NCBI RefSeq assembly: GCF_009834535.1
Contig: NC_045696.1
Coordinates: 53,756,001 to 53,820,000 of the forward strand
From: Camelus ferus
Lineage: Eukaryota
Direction of reading: 5' to 3'
DNA: 64,000 nt
Numbering within the stretch: the stretch's first letter is position 1; each line of letters begins with the position of its first letter. Under the pieces are notes generated by a model. It was given only the letters and a program-made list of their open reading frames with translations, ran no database searches and had not been told where the DNA came from. Both the position numbers and the translations under genes were made by a program. Shown piece after piece: positions 12,496 through 25,270 of the stretch.

Positions 12496-13112
12496 GTCAG
12501 TCTTAGACTGGGTGTACTTTAATATGCCAGTTTTAGTCCACAAAGAAGAAATTAGTGCAGATTTTTATGAGGTGAAATAAACACATTTACTTCTGGAGTT
12601 GAAGGAATTTTCTTTAGTTATTACCCCTAAGTTGTAGGAAGCTGGGGAGAAGGGGAGATTAGTTTCAGATGACATCAGCCAAGGAAAATGCTCAAATCAT
12701 ATTCATTTAAGAAGAAACAAGGATAAAAATTAAATATTGCCTCCATGTGGTTGGTTTATGGAGTGGCTCACATTTTTATTAATATTTTTGATGGGTCATC
12801 AGCTTTAGAGTAGTTATGTTTAAGCAAATCAGTCAGTAAAGTAAAAATTATTCTGTTTCTACTGACTGCAAGACAAAACTAAGAATATATATAGAAAAAG
12901 GTAACAAAAAGATACACAGTAATTCATGATAAGAAAAGTTTAATATATGATGGTTTGGCCAGGAATATTCTTTATCTGTGCAGTATCTTTGTGGTACTAA
13001 TATGGCAACATTCTGCTGTGCTTTGGGAAGTTTGCAATTTCCTTTTCACCATAATCCCCTCCGCTGAATCAAACCAGTTCAACTCAATTTGACAAGTGCT
13101 TATTGAGCACTT

Positions 13113-13260
13113 CGTGGTGAAATGGGAAGAAATTGGACTTGGTTTCAGAATTCTTGGATTTGGTTCTGGCTCTGCTATTTACCTGCTATTTGATTTTTAC
13201 TAAATAAGTTTACCTCTTTAGTCCACAGTTTTGTAATGTGAAAAATGAGAGTCTACACAA
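13113..13260 (+). mobile_element. MIR SINE
   Basis: ttctggctctgctatttacctgct...aagtttacctcttt...cagttttgtaatgtgaaaaatgag MIR core. Confidence 0.6.
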
Positions 13261-13384
13261 GTCGTAAGGTGCTTTCAGGTGTAAAGACATGAATGTGAAC
13301 ATAACACTTTACCAGGATTTGAGAGGAACGCAAAGTAGATCTATGACCGGAAACTCTCTGTCACTTAGATGCACAGCCAGCCCT

Positions 13385-13870
13385 AGTCATTTGCTTATTT
13401 GCTCTCAGATCTATTAGTTGCTCCTTCTCAGCCTTGTTCCAGATCATAGTTCCTGAGCCTTTGCTTTCTGGTTTCCTGGAGGTTTGGCTAATGACAGGCA
13501 CTGGGGTAAGACCGGAGAGTGAAACGAGGGAAAAAGCAGTGTAATTTTCTCTCTCTCTCTCTCTCTCTGCTTGGATAGTGCCCAGGGATTGGCTCTAGCT
13601 CTGGTTAGACAACTTCTCCTCCATGGTGCCAGCTGCCACAGAGCAGAAGCAGATCGCCCAGCATCCACCAGGAAGCTCATGGGCCCTAGCGATACTACCT
13701 GCTCCCTTAGACTCTCCACCTCAAGGGTAGTAGCAGCCCTGTCATGCTTGTGTTACCCTGTGGGCTTCTTCAAATTCTTCTTTTTGGCCTTCTCCTCCCA
13801 GTATAATAGATTTCCCTCCATTTGAAATACGCAGAGTGGTTTCTATTTTCTGGCTGGATCCTAAATAATT
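13385..13870. mobile_element. ERVL LTR (LTR33-like)
   Basis: tttgctctcagatct...ggtttggctaatgacaggcactgg...gtggtttctattttctggctggatcct matches the remembered LTR33 layout. Confidence 0.6.
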
Positions 13871-13924
13871 TTATAACTTTTTACGTTATAAAAAGTTTAT
13901 GGCTTTGTAGGAAAAAAAAAAAAA

Positions 13925-14110
13925 GATGAGTTTGAATCCCAAGTCTGCTCACTAACTAGCCAAATGATTGTGGAGGAAAGTTGTTTCATCTCTTTAACTA
14001 CAAGTATTGGAATAATAATACTGAAGTTACAAGGTGTTTCCAAGAATTAAGATGAGAAAATACATGTGAAATGGTGCAAAACACATAGTTGTGTTTAATA
14101 AATGTTCATT
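13925..14110 (+). mobile_element. MIR SINE
   Basis: gagtttgaatcccaagtctgctcactaactagc...aattaagatgagaaaatacatgtgaa...tttaataaatgtt. Confidence 0.65.
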
Positions 14111-14303
14111 TCTTTCCTTTCATTCTCATGGACTACTCAAGAAGAAAAAATAAGGAGCTTTTAAGATAATTATAAAATACTACAAAACTATAAACAATAT
14201 ACAAGGATACGAGGACATGCTTAATAGAACATAATTCACCTACTCTAAGTACCTTATAATTCTAACCCAACCCATAGACTCTTCCCTCTGCTATGGAACC
14301 TCC

Positions 14304-14701
14304 TGTTTTAGTCTGTTTGTGTTACCATAACAAAATATTACAGACTTGGTGGCTTAAACAACAGAAATCTATTTCCTCACAGTTCTGGAGAAGTTCATGA
14401 TCAAGGTGCCAACCAATTCAGTTTCTGGTAAGAGCTTTCTTCCTTGTCTGCAGATGGCCATCTTCTTGCTTTGTTCTCTAGGCCTTTCCTAGATTTGTGT
14501 GTACAGAGAGGGAGAAAGAGAACAAGCTCCCTGGTGTCTCTTCTTATAAGGACACTAATCCTATCAGATCAGGGACACAAGCTTATGACGTCATTTATCC
14601 TTAATAACTTCCATGGAGGTACCATCTCCAAATACAGCCATATTGGGGTCAGGGCTTCTGCATATGAATTTTGGGGTGACACAAATGTTCAGTTCACAAC
14701 A
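14304..14701 (-). mobile_element. MaLR solo LTR (MLT1A-like) with 5-bp TSD CCTCC
   Basis: TG...CA termini; ggtggcttaaacaacagaaat...ctcacagttctggag motif; CCTCC at 14299-14303 and 14702-14706. Confidence 0.9.
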
Positions 14702-15317
14702 CCTCCTCTATACACTTTTACGGTGTTATTAATTGAGGCATCCTTCCCTATTTAAAATGACCAATAGACCTAGTTTGCAAATGCAATTTTGCTGATATTC
14801 TTCAATCTAACTTTTTCACATGTGTATTTTCAAGTTCCATAAAATCAATGTGTCCTATTTTAGAAATCTGAATGTTCAAGTCTATGTCTAGTCATATGCC
14901 TTCTCTCTAGTCTCAACTCATTTTTATATTAGTGCTGCATTTAAATTCAGAAAAGGAGAGTTGTTTTGACTTTGGGGGCAAGATTAATGTCCTGCTTTGC
15001 AACAACATAAAGATGACTCAAAGAAACTAAGCTATCTTCCCATTTAAAAGGGTTTCTTAGGTTCAAAGAACACTGTATTTCCCTTTGGACATGAAATATA
15101 ATTTAGCTAGTCACACATAGTAATGAAATGGAGAAGATTCTGAGGCAAATATGTAGGTTTAAAAATCAGCCACATAAACCAAATGCTGAGGTATGGGAGA
15201 ACTTGGCACGCTTAAGGCAAGTGCTTAGTCATAGAAAGCTCAGTTCCACATACATATAAAAGGAGGGTTACCAAACAATCACACTTTTTAGGAATATTAT
15301 AATTAAATTTGTAAAAT

Positions 15318-15563
15318 ACAAGGACTTAATTTCCAGAACATAAATACCAGCTCATACAACTCAATTACAAAAAGACAAGCAACCCAATCAAAAAAATGAG
15401 CAGAAGACCCAGACATTTCTCCAGTGAAGACATCCAGATGGCCAACAGACACATGAAAAGATGCTCAATATCGCTAATTATCCTACACTGTCGGTGGGAA
15501 TGTAGTTTGGTGCAGCTGCTATGGAAAACAGTATGGAGAATCCTTAAAAAAGTAAAAATAGAG
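15318..15563 (+). mobile_element. L1 ORF2 C-terminal fragment with internal deletion and no 3' tail
   Basis: gacatccagatggccaacagacacatgaaaagatgctcaa joined almost directly to tcctacactgtcggtgggaatgt. Confidence 0.85.
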
Positions 15564-16759
15564 CACTAACCTAATTTATTATTTCATTTCTAATCTATAA
15601 AATAGTCAGTATAACTTTATCTCATTGTAAATGCTGACATCATATGATATGATATTTTCCATAGCTGAAGCTCCTATGAGAGTCAAAAAGAATTTTAAGC
15701 AGTATTGACACAAATTACTTTCTATATTTACCCAGAAGCTGTGAAATTCTTGGTCAAATTTCAAGTGGATGCCTGAAGAAAGCTCATAAGTAATTACTGT
15801 ATCCGACTATCTATGAGAAGTTACAATGTCAGCGGTTAGTCAGGAATAATAGGTTTCTAAGATGTTTGTTCTAAAGTTCTGTGTTGGACTTCCGCAGGTA
15901 ATCTTTCCTGGCAAAAACAAGAGAAGCCTGGTCATTGAATCTCACTTCTGAAAGACAGTGGGAGGCAGCTTTCTTATGCCAAGTAACATCTGGAAGGCAT
16001 CATAGGACATCTGAACCTAGCCTGATGCTAACACTACACTCATTACCCCTCTCCCATTTTTAGCAGGAAAAAAAAAAAAAAAAAGAACAAAATAAGTTCT
16101 CAAAAAGTACATCTTACAAAATGTATTAAGAGCCATAGAAAGTGTTATCAGCTTTGATCAAGTAAATCCATTAAATCCATTTTGACAAATCCAACTATAG
16201 TATCCATGGATTAAAATCCAGATAAAAAGATGTTCATTATCTACAATACTTACAATGGTGAAAAATTAGAAGAACCTAAATGTCCCATAGAAAAAGGATT
16301 GTTTAATTATGGTATATATGTTCAATGGCATATCATAATGTAACACAAATTATATTTAGCAAATATAACAGAAGAAGAAATGTTATCTTTCTGTAAGGAG
16401 CGTCACTTTTCTTTTGCTTTCTCTCATTTTACGCACTTTTCAACTGTAGCCAAGAGATCGCACAGATGTTTACAAAATCCAGAGGCAACTTACTAGAATC
16501 CTGAAATCCATTCACCACGTGATAACTGTATGTGTCTTATAAGGAAATGGGTGTGAATAGCCCTCCCTGGGCACTTCCAGTCTGCCCTTCCTCTCATCCA
16601 TCTACCACTCTTCACAAATGCCAGCGTGTTGCCTACACTTTTAGACTGAAGTGATGTTAAAGATTTTTGCTTAACTCAGACTCCTTGTTCCCTCAACTTT
16701 AAGATACCTGACAGTGTCTTCTCCAATTAAGGCCCATGGTCCATAACATCAGAAGGCAA

Positions 16760-16975
16760 GGCATGAAGTGGTTAAGTCCATGAACCCCAGATTCAGACAA
16801 TAACCATCAGCAGTCTGTTCCGCCACCTACTTGCTCAGAAAGATTTTTAACTTCTCTCTACTCAGTTTACTCTTCTGTAAATTAGGTTTACTCTGAGGAT
16901 TACATGAATATGTTCGTCATGTAGAGCAGTATCTGGTAATAACATTCAATAAGGGTTGACAATTATTATTATTAT
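16760..16975 (+). mobile_element. MIR SINE
   Basis: gtggttaag...ttaacttctctctactcagtttactcttctgtaaatt...tgaggattacatgaat. Confidence 0.6.
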
Positions 16976-18039
16976 TAGGAAGAGCAACAGACCCTCTATG
17001 TACATTCTTTATTGTTATTGAATAATATTCTGGCATTATTTTGCATATTGAGGAATAATACTTCATTGCGTTTTTGAGGAATAATATGTCAGTGCATTTT
17101 TCAAAAGCAGGTTGATAATGATTAATGAGTCAAGGAACATATTTCACGAATGGAGGAGAATTTAGAAAATATTTAGCACAAAGGAGTTTTTAAATGTGTT
17201 CAGAGGCTTCAACTTGAACAAGTTATGCATGCAGTTTTGGGCTAATTGGAAATAACAATCAGGAATCCTGGTATCTCATGACTTGCTTCTTTTAGCAGGA
17301 GGCACTGGAGCCACCGGACATGATGACAGTGTGCAGCCCTGGAAAAAGCTAGGAATCACACAGGAGGGGAGAGTGGGAAGGTATTGTGTGTCAACAGCAA
17401 ATGAAGCAAGACTGGGAGAAGATTCTCAGCTGATTACATAGTCTGAGGTGAATGACACAATCTCTTTTTCCATTTAAAATCGTTATCTGAGTCAGCAAAT
17501 GGAGCTGCTAGCTTAAGTGCGATGGACACCTGTTCCTCATTGAGAAAATATTTTAAACATCAGATGTAAATTAAAACATTTCACATATTTCAAACGGAGT
17601 GTAATTCACAAAAACTGTTTACATGTTGCAATAAAGTAAAATCTTAGTTTGGCAGTTTTGATTTGTTAGTTATCCAACATCTCGGCGTAAATTAGGTTTG
17701 GAGGTACCACTCTACTCATATACCCTAATTGTCACATGGTTCTGGCTCCCTGCCGTTGGCTTCACACTGGACTGACACTGAGTTTTTGCTTTGGGTCTGG
17801 TGATCAGAATTTCTTCTAGCTGCATGTAAATAACAATTTCTACGATATTAGAGTCTGATGTTTTAGCACAAAATGAAAATTCTAAACCTTAAATCATAAG
17901 GACACTGTGGATTTGATCACTCAATGTTTGTGAAGCCTTGAAATAGTTTAGGGAATTTTATTATGCATTTCAAACTGCATATTTAATATTTCCAACCATG
18001 AAATGGTAATAGAGTTTATTCCCAAACTTGCAAATGAAA

Positions 18040-18280
18040 CCTAGGAAGGTTCAGGGAGGGCAGCACTTGGGAGGATGGTATTTAAATTCAGAATGACATT
18101 GTTAAATTAGAGAAGTAATCAGAAATCAACAAAATGAAGCTTAACAGGGACCAGTGGAAATCATGATGGAAAAAAAAAAATAAGACTAAGTGGCACATCA
18201 CAGACATGGGAATTCTACTGGGAAATGCCTTGTATTCAACTCAACAGATCACGATATTAGAATAAATTAGGCCAAGAACT
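18040..18280 (+). mobile_element. CR1/L3 LINE fragment
   Basis: aaattcagaatgacattgttaaattagag...aacaaaatgaagcttaacagggac resembles the L3 RT region. Confidence 0.45.
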
Positions 18281-18849
18281 AATTAAGCCAAGATTTTTTT
18301 TTTCCTTTTTCTTTTGATTTCTTCCTTAAATATAGAGCTAGACTGCATGAATCCTTGCCTACCAGGCTAAGGTGGTCTGCTCCTTCCTCTACCCCTTTTA
18401 TTCCTTAACTTCCTTCCTCCTCCTCCTCCTTCGTCCTTGCCTTCTTCCACTTTCTTCAGGCTTGATGCCACCTACATCAGTCACCTGGTTAGTCCTGACA
18501 CTAATGGCAAAAGTGGTAAATAAAAAGGCGGTAAGAGACCTCCTGAACTACAGCTAAAAGCGACCCGGGAGTCAGTCTATTTCACCCGTTAACAATCCTT
18601 TCCGTTCCCAGAGGTTCAATGAGGTAGAAGCTGGGAATATTTTGGCATAGTTCTCCAGGTGGGTCTCATGCCCCCCAATTCCCATTCTTAACTGAGGCCC
18701 CAGAACTGTGCCAAAACAGAGACACATTAATTAATCAGCTTCAGGGAACGAACGCTATAGCCAGGTTTATCTGTGGCTCTGAACACGGCCCTTGGCTGCC
18801 TCTCTTACCAAGAGGAGGCGGAGGTAAGAATTACAATCATACTCTAGGA

Positions 18850-19641
18850 CAGAGGTATATTTTGCTTTCTAAGAAACAGTCAAATAGTTTTTTTTTTTAA
18901 ATGTTTGTGCCATTTTAAGTATTTCCAGCACATAAGAGATTGAAGTTACTCCACATCCTCAGCATCATTTTATATTGTCTTATTTTTTCTTTAATTTTAG
19001 CTCCAGCAGGTGTGAAATGGTATCTCATTGGAGTTTCAATCTGCATTCTTCATTGAGTTTTCAATTTGCATTTCCAAGATGACTAATGATGTTAAGCACC
19101 TATTCACATGCTTATTGGTCATTCATATATCTTCCTTTGTAAATTGTCTGTTCAATACTTTTGCTCATTTTTAATCAGATTGTTTGTCTTTTTATTATTG
19201 ATTTTTAGGAGTCCTTTCTATATTCTCGATACAATTTATTTCTGAGAAATGCCTTTTGAACATGTTCTTCCAGGCTGTGGCTTGCCTATTCATTTTCTTA
19301 ATCATGTATTTTAATGAGCAGATGTTTTTAATTTTGATGATCTCAAACTTAACAGGATTTTTATTCCCTATTATGGCTTATACATTTGGGGTTCTAAGAA
19401 ATCTTTGCCTTCTATAAGGTAAAAAAATTTTTTTTCATATTTTCTTCAAGAGCTTTATGGCTATAGGTTTAATGTTTAAATGTATGATTAGATCAGATTA
19501 ATTTGGGGGCATAGAATAAGGTAAATATAGAAGTCATTTTCCCCCCATTGTGAGTAGCCAGTTGTTCCAGAATCATGGGTTAAAATATTTTCTTTCTCTC
19601 ATTTTATTAACATAGTGCCCTTGTCAAAAATCAGTTGGCCA
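18850..19641 (-). mobile_element. L1 ORF2 3' region (old L1M)
   Basis: caggtgtgaaatggtatctcatt; gactaatgatgttaagcacc; ends cccttgtcaaaaatcagttggcca (GQLIFDK on the minus strand). Confidence 0.85.
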
Positions 19642-21795
19642 GACTCAACATTAATATTAATATGGCAATTCTTCCCAAACGGATTCCCAGCTGATGTATG
19701 GATTCAACTAATCCCAACCAAAACTGTATCAAGCTTTACTCTATTTTATTTTTTTAATTAAATTTTTAAAAATTCTATTTAAAAATATTCTACTATTGTA
19801 TATGAAGTCCATAATACAGAGAATAAAATTTAAAAAGCAATTTTTAATATAAGAACAGGTAAAAATCATTCAATATGAGAAAAACATAAATACCTGATAA
19901 AAGCAACATATATGACTGATACAATAATGAAATTAAATGATATAAACTGCGAAAATCCTAAGTTAGATACATAGAACACAATAATATATTAATCACTCTG
20001 TTAAATACCTTTCCCTCATTCCCAGACCGAGTACCTAGTCTCAGGCTACACAACAATCTTTTCATATTTCCATCATGGCACATATGACAAAGTATAATTA
20101 TTTTCTACTAGTCTCCTGCATTCAAACAATTATCTTGAAAAGATGGTGCATTTCTAACTTATGGTTATGTATATTTTTTTATTTCCAACATAAATCTCTG
20201 CGTATGCCACACCCATAGTTAATGCAGAATGAATGAAAGAATAAATTAATGCTTGGTCACACATCATCACTAAGTAATAATGTCATTGTAGAGCCATTTT
20301 TTGCAGGCTTTTTTTTAGTAGAAACTGACGAGTTGAATTCACATTATGTACAGAAATGCAAAGGATTATCTAGAATAAGCAAAGCAATGAAGAAAAAGAA
20401 GAACAAAGTTAGATTTACTCTACCTGATTTCAAGACTTACTATAAAACCATAGTAATCAAGATAGTTTGGGTATTTTCAAAAAGGCATAGATCAATGGAA
20501 CAGAAAAGAGAGTCAAAAAAAGAGAAATGCATATTTGAATTAATTTTTGTCAAAGGTGCCAAAGGAATTCAATGAGAAATGAAAAGACTTTTCAATAAAT
20601 GAATACCTGTGTGGAAAAATGTGAACATCTACCCTTACACACAAAAATTAACTCAAATTGGATTACAGCCCTAAATGTAAAACCTAAAACTATGAAACTC
20701 CTAGGAGAAAATCTTTCTGATTGTTGTGTAAGTAAGATTTCTTAGAACACGACAGCATGAGTCAGATAAGAAAAAAAATATAAATTGGACTTCATCAACA
20801 TTAAAAGCTTCTGATCTTCAAAGATACCTTTAAGTAAATAAAAAGACAAGCCACAGACTGGTAGAATATATTCACATTTATCAGACAAATAGCTTGAATC
20901 CAGAATATATGAAGAACTTTTTAAACTTAATTATAAGAAGCCTAACAACTCAATAAGAAAATAGATACAATATTTGAAAATATATGAATAGCCAAGAGCA
21001 CAGGAAATGATTCTCAGCATCATTAGCCACTGGAGAAATAAAAATTAAAAACACAAGGAGATATGTCCTATATACCCTTTAGATAGGTTAATATTTAAAA
21101 ACCAGCACCACATACCTACTGGCCATTGTAAGTCCTAGTGAGGATGTGAAGCAACTGTAAATCTTACATGCTTTTGGTGGGAATGCTAAAACCACACAGG
21201 GAAAAGTTATGAAAATGTTTGGAAAAAATTTGATGGTTTCTTAAAACTTCAATATATGCCTACTATACAGTCCAATCAACTGTACAACTAGTTATCTACC
21301 TAACAGAAAAGAAAACAAATGTCTACACAACAACTTGTATTCAAATATTCATTTCAGCTTTACTTGTAATAGCTAAAAACTGGGGGAAATCCAAATGTTC
21401 ATCAAAAGTAGAATAGACAAGCATATAGTTATACATCCATACAACGGAATACTATTCAGCAATAAAAAGGAAATAATTACTTAAACACACAACATGGAGT
21501 GTTCCTCAAAGTCATTATGCTTAGTAAAAGAATTATGCCAGGAAAAATAGAGCACATATTGTGTAATTCCATTTATATGAAATTCTACAAAATGCAACCT
21601 AATTTATAGTGTCAGTCATGGGTTCCTGGGATGGAGTATTTAGATATGAATGGATTACAGATTGACATAGGATACTTTCGGGAAATGATTGGAATATTTA
21701 TCTTGATCAAGTGTGTATACTTATGTCCAAATTGATCCAAGTCTTTATTTTAAATGTGTGCAGTTTGGCATACTTCAATTATACCACAAAAAAGG
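19642..21795 (+). mobile_element. L1 ORF2 3' half + 3'UTR (L1MC/MD-like), interrupted at 19738-20303
   Basis: ORF 20249-20575 contains L1 ORF2 motif TLPDFKTYYKTIVIKIVW...LIFVKGAK; followed by a typical L1 3' end. Confidence 0.85.
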
Positions 21796-21799
21796 TGAA

Positions 21800-22425
21800 A
21801 CATCAATTCACTGTATAGGTGTGTGTCTAGAAGTGTCACTCCTAAGGTTTTATCCAAGAGTAATGAGAACATATGTCCCCATAATAAATTTGTAAAAACA
21901 AACAAACAAAAAAACAACTATGCTATACACCATAAACTAACACAACATTGTAACTCAACTATACTTCCATTAAAGAAATAAAGTAAGTTTGTAAAAAGAA
22001 ATGTTCATAGTGACCTTATTCATTATAGTCAAAAGGTAGAAAGAAGCCAAATATCCATCAACTGGAGAATGTGGCGTACTTATTAACAGAAAAGAATGAT
22101 CTACTGATACGCGTAACAACATGAATAACTCTTGAACACATTATGTTAAGCAAAAGTAGCCAGCTGTATCTCACCTGCAAAACAAAATTTTAAAATCCCA
22201 TTGTATATGATTCATTCATATAAGCTCCAAGAAGGGAAAAAACTGATCCATGGAGATAGAAAGTCATTATTTATTGAGAGAAGAATTGAGTGGAAAGTAA
22301 CAGAAAACTTTCTGTGATGATGTAAATGTTTCATATTTTGTTTTACAAAAAAGGTACATTTACATGCACGACTATGAAAATTTGCTGAAGTGCACACTTT
22401 AGAACTGTGAACTTTACTGCATGTA
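21800..22425 (+). mobile_element. Old L1 3' end with a nested short young L1 tail (21899-21983)
   Basis: Nested tail tgctatacaccataaactaacacaacattgtaactcaactatacttc flanked by taaatttgtaaaaa (21885-21898) and taagtttgtaaaaa (21984-21997). Confidence 0.75.
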
Positions 22426-22566
22426 GGGAAAGAAAGAGAGAAAAAGAGAGGGAGAAAAGAAGAAAAGAAGGATGGAAGGAAGGGGAAAGGAGAGAAGGAG
22501 AGAGGGAGGGAGACAGAGAGAGAGAGAGAGGGAAAGAGAGAGAAACCGGAGGAAGAAAGGGAAGGA
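22426..22566. repeat. GA-rich low-complexity repeat
   Basis: Seen directly. Confidence 0.9.
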
Positions 22567-22889
22567 ATTCAATTCAAACACCAGTCTCGCTGTAAAGCCT
22601 CTCTAGGCCCTTGGTCAGAGACAGCAGTTTAAAAAATAGACCACTCTTCCGCATCTACTGCACGACTCAGCTGGTTTGCTTTTCTCTAAAATATTCCAGC
22701 ACAATTCATGGTAACCAAATAATTAATGAGAAATATTTCTTCTTTATAGAAGAATTCTGGGTAAAAAGTAGAATACACTTTAAAATCACTATTTTATAAA
22801 CCCGTAATGAAATAATGGCCTAGGCAAGGCACATCTATGGAAACTAAGACTATTAGGTAAAATATTGATAGGAAACTTTAAGATAGATT

Positions 22890-24325
22890 CGGCCAGGCTG
22901 ACAGCACCTGAACCCATTGATAAATCTGAGCATCACTAACAATGTGAGCACCAGCTCTTTGGTGCTTGCTTACACATGTGATGTAGATGCATTAAGCACT
23001 GCCTATAAAATATCCTTGAAAAATATCATTGATTTTGAATCTAATCAGGCTCTAATTAGGGAAAATACATAGAAGAGAGGGATAATTTAAACAACAGCAT
23101 GAAGAAACAATCAAACAAACTAGATGTGGGATATTTCCCAAAACAAATGGCCCAATTTCCCAAACAAATGAAAAGTTTGAAGGAGGAAAGTTATACACTA
23201 GAGATTTCAGAGGGATTATAACCAAATTCAATGTGTGGACATTTTTTGGGTCCTGGACTGAACAAACCAACAACAAAAAGACATTCGTAAGACAATTAGG
23301 GACTTTGAATATGGTCTGTTTATTAAATAATATGAGCAAAATGCCTTTAATGTTGTTAGGTGTGATAATGTCATTGTGGTAATATTTTTAAAAGTATGCC
23401 CTTGTCTGTTAAAATACATTGAAGCAAAAAGGATTTATGGATGAAATAATATCATAGCTAGTATCTGCTTTGCAGTACTCTAAAAAAAATTGAAGTGAGG
23501 GTTAGGAAGAATGTCCATACTACCCAAAGCAATCTACAGATTCAATGCAAAATTGAATGTCAAAATTCTAATGACATACTTCACAGAAATAAAACAAATA
23601 ATTCTAAACTTTGTATGGAACCACAAAAGACCTTGAATAGCCAAAATAATCTTGAGAAAGAAGATCAAAGATGGAGGTATTAGGCTCCCAGATTTCAAAT
23701 CGTACTACCAACCTATAGTAATAAAAACAGTTTGGTAGTCACACAAAAACAGACACACAGATCAATGGAACAGAATTGAAAGCCCAGAAATAAAACTATG
23801 CATATATGGATGATTCATTTAAGACAAAGTTGCAAAGAATATACAATGGAGAAAGGAGAGTCTCTTCAATAAATGATGTTGGAAAGACTAGACAGCCACA
23901 TGCAAAAGAATGAAACTAGACCACTATCTTACACTACATATAAAAATTAACTCAAAATGGATTAAAGGCTTGAATATGAGACCTGAAACTATAAAATTCC
24001 TAGAAGAAAACTAAGGCAGTAACCTCACTGGCATTAGTTTCAGTGATGCTTCTGTGGATCTGACTCCAAAGACAAAGGAAGCAAAAGTAAAACTAAACAA
24101 ACGGGACTACATCAGACTAAAAAGCATCTGCATTGTGAAGAAAACCATTATCGAAACAAAAAGGCAAACTACTGAATGGGAGAAGATATTTAATAAAGGG
24201 TTAGGTCAAACAACACAGGCGAAACATTGGTAAATATTGAAGTTGATGACGGGTACATAAGAGTTCACGACCCTATTATTTTTTTCTGGTATTGTGTATG
24301 TTTTACAGTTTTCATAATGAAAGAT
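22890..24325 (+). mobile_element. L1MC4/5-like 3'UTR split by a younger L1 fragment
   Basis: gaatctaatcaggctcta; aacaatcaaacaaactagatgtgggatatt; gtgtgataatgtcattgtgg; resumes at ~24206 with gttgatgacgggtacataagagttca. Confidence 0.65.
23507..24196 (+). mobile_element. Internal L1 ORF2 fragment (no 3'UTR or poly-A)
   Basis: atgtccatactacccaaagcaatctacagattcaatgcaa ([13 protein letters not shown]) through actgaatgggagaagatattt (TEWEKIF). Confidence 0.9.
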
Positions 24326-24889
24326 GTAAATGCCTACTAAAAATCCACATTTTGTATTTTTTCTTCCTAATATTTTATGTTAGCATTTAATGATGCTTAT
24401 GAATCTTAACTCCATGTGCTTTTCTGATACTGTGAAATGCATTTATTTTTTAACACTTACAACATTTTCTGACAGCCATGCATGTGTAAGAACATGTTTT
24501 CACCTTCAGAGACATACCAATGTATTCATAGTCCATTTTCCTATTCTCAACATCTCCTTCTTAGGGCTTATCTTCCTTTTACTATGAAAGAAAAAACACA
24601 CAAAAAAAACATGCAAAACTCAACTCTTTCTCAGAACACTTCTTGCTTGCAAAGCCAGAGAGTGTTTTCATGTTGATGTGCTTCCAGACTGCTGACCAAC
24701 CCAGCACACCCAAGAAGCAGACTGGAACAATGTACTGGAAACAAATTCTAAGACTCACATTTTATTTTAGATCGTCTTCCTCTTACAGTAATAAAAGAAC
24801 TACTAGCTTTACAAAGGGATGATGGAAAAAAGATTCATTACTTTTTCTTTGTGCATCAACTCCTGGTACAAATATATTATTATCTACTT

Positions 24890-25270
24890 GCTGACTGTGT
24901 TTCAGCCACAGTGAATTTGTTGCTGTTCCTAGAACCTTCCAACGTCATTCTCATTAGGACATTTGCACTGGTTCTTATGTACCTCCAGGCTCAAATGCCA
25001 TCTCCTCTGAGAGAGCTTTCTGAGTACCCAATCTAAATTACCTCATTTCCTCTATCACTTTCCTTCACATTTGCCCTATTTATATTCTTATAAGTATTTA
25101 TCATTATCTTATTTTTTTCATTTCATTATCTGTCCTTATGTGCACCACCATCCCCAACTAGAATGTCAGTTCAGGGATCCTGGCTATCTGGTTTCTTGTT
25201 GTATCCATAGTGTTTCAAATAGTAATTGACACATAGTAGGTATTCAAAATATTCTTGTGGTTTAAATAAT
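24890..25270 (+). mobile_element. L2 3' end
   Basis: ctcaaatgccatctcctctgagagagctttc...ccccaactagaatgt...gacacatagtaggtattcaaaatatt. Confidence 0.7.

Noticed and set aside
18850..21795. Head-to-head L1 pieces as a twin-priming 5' inversion
   Set aside because: Both pieces cover the same ORF2 region (GQLIFDK onward), so they overlap on the consensus. They are better explained as two insertions.
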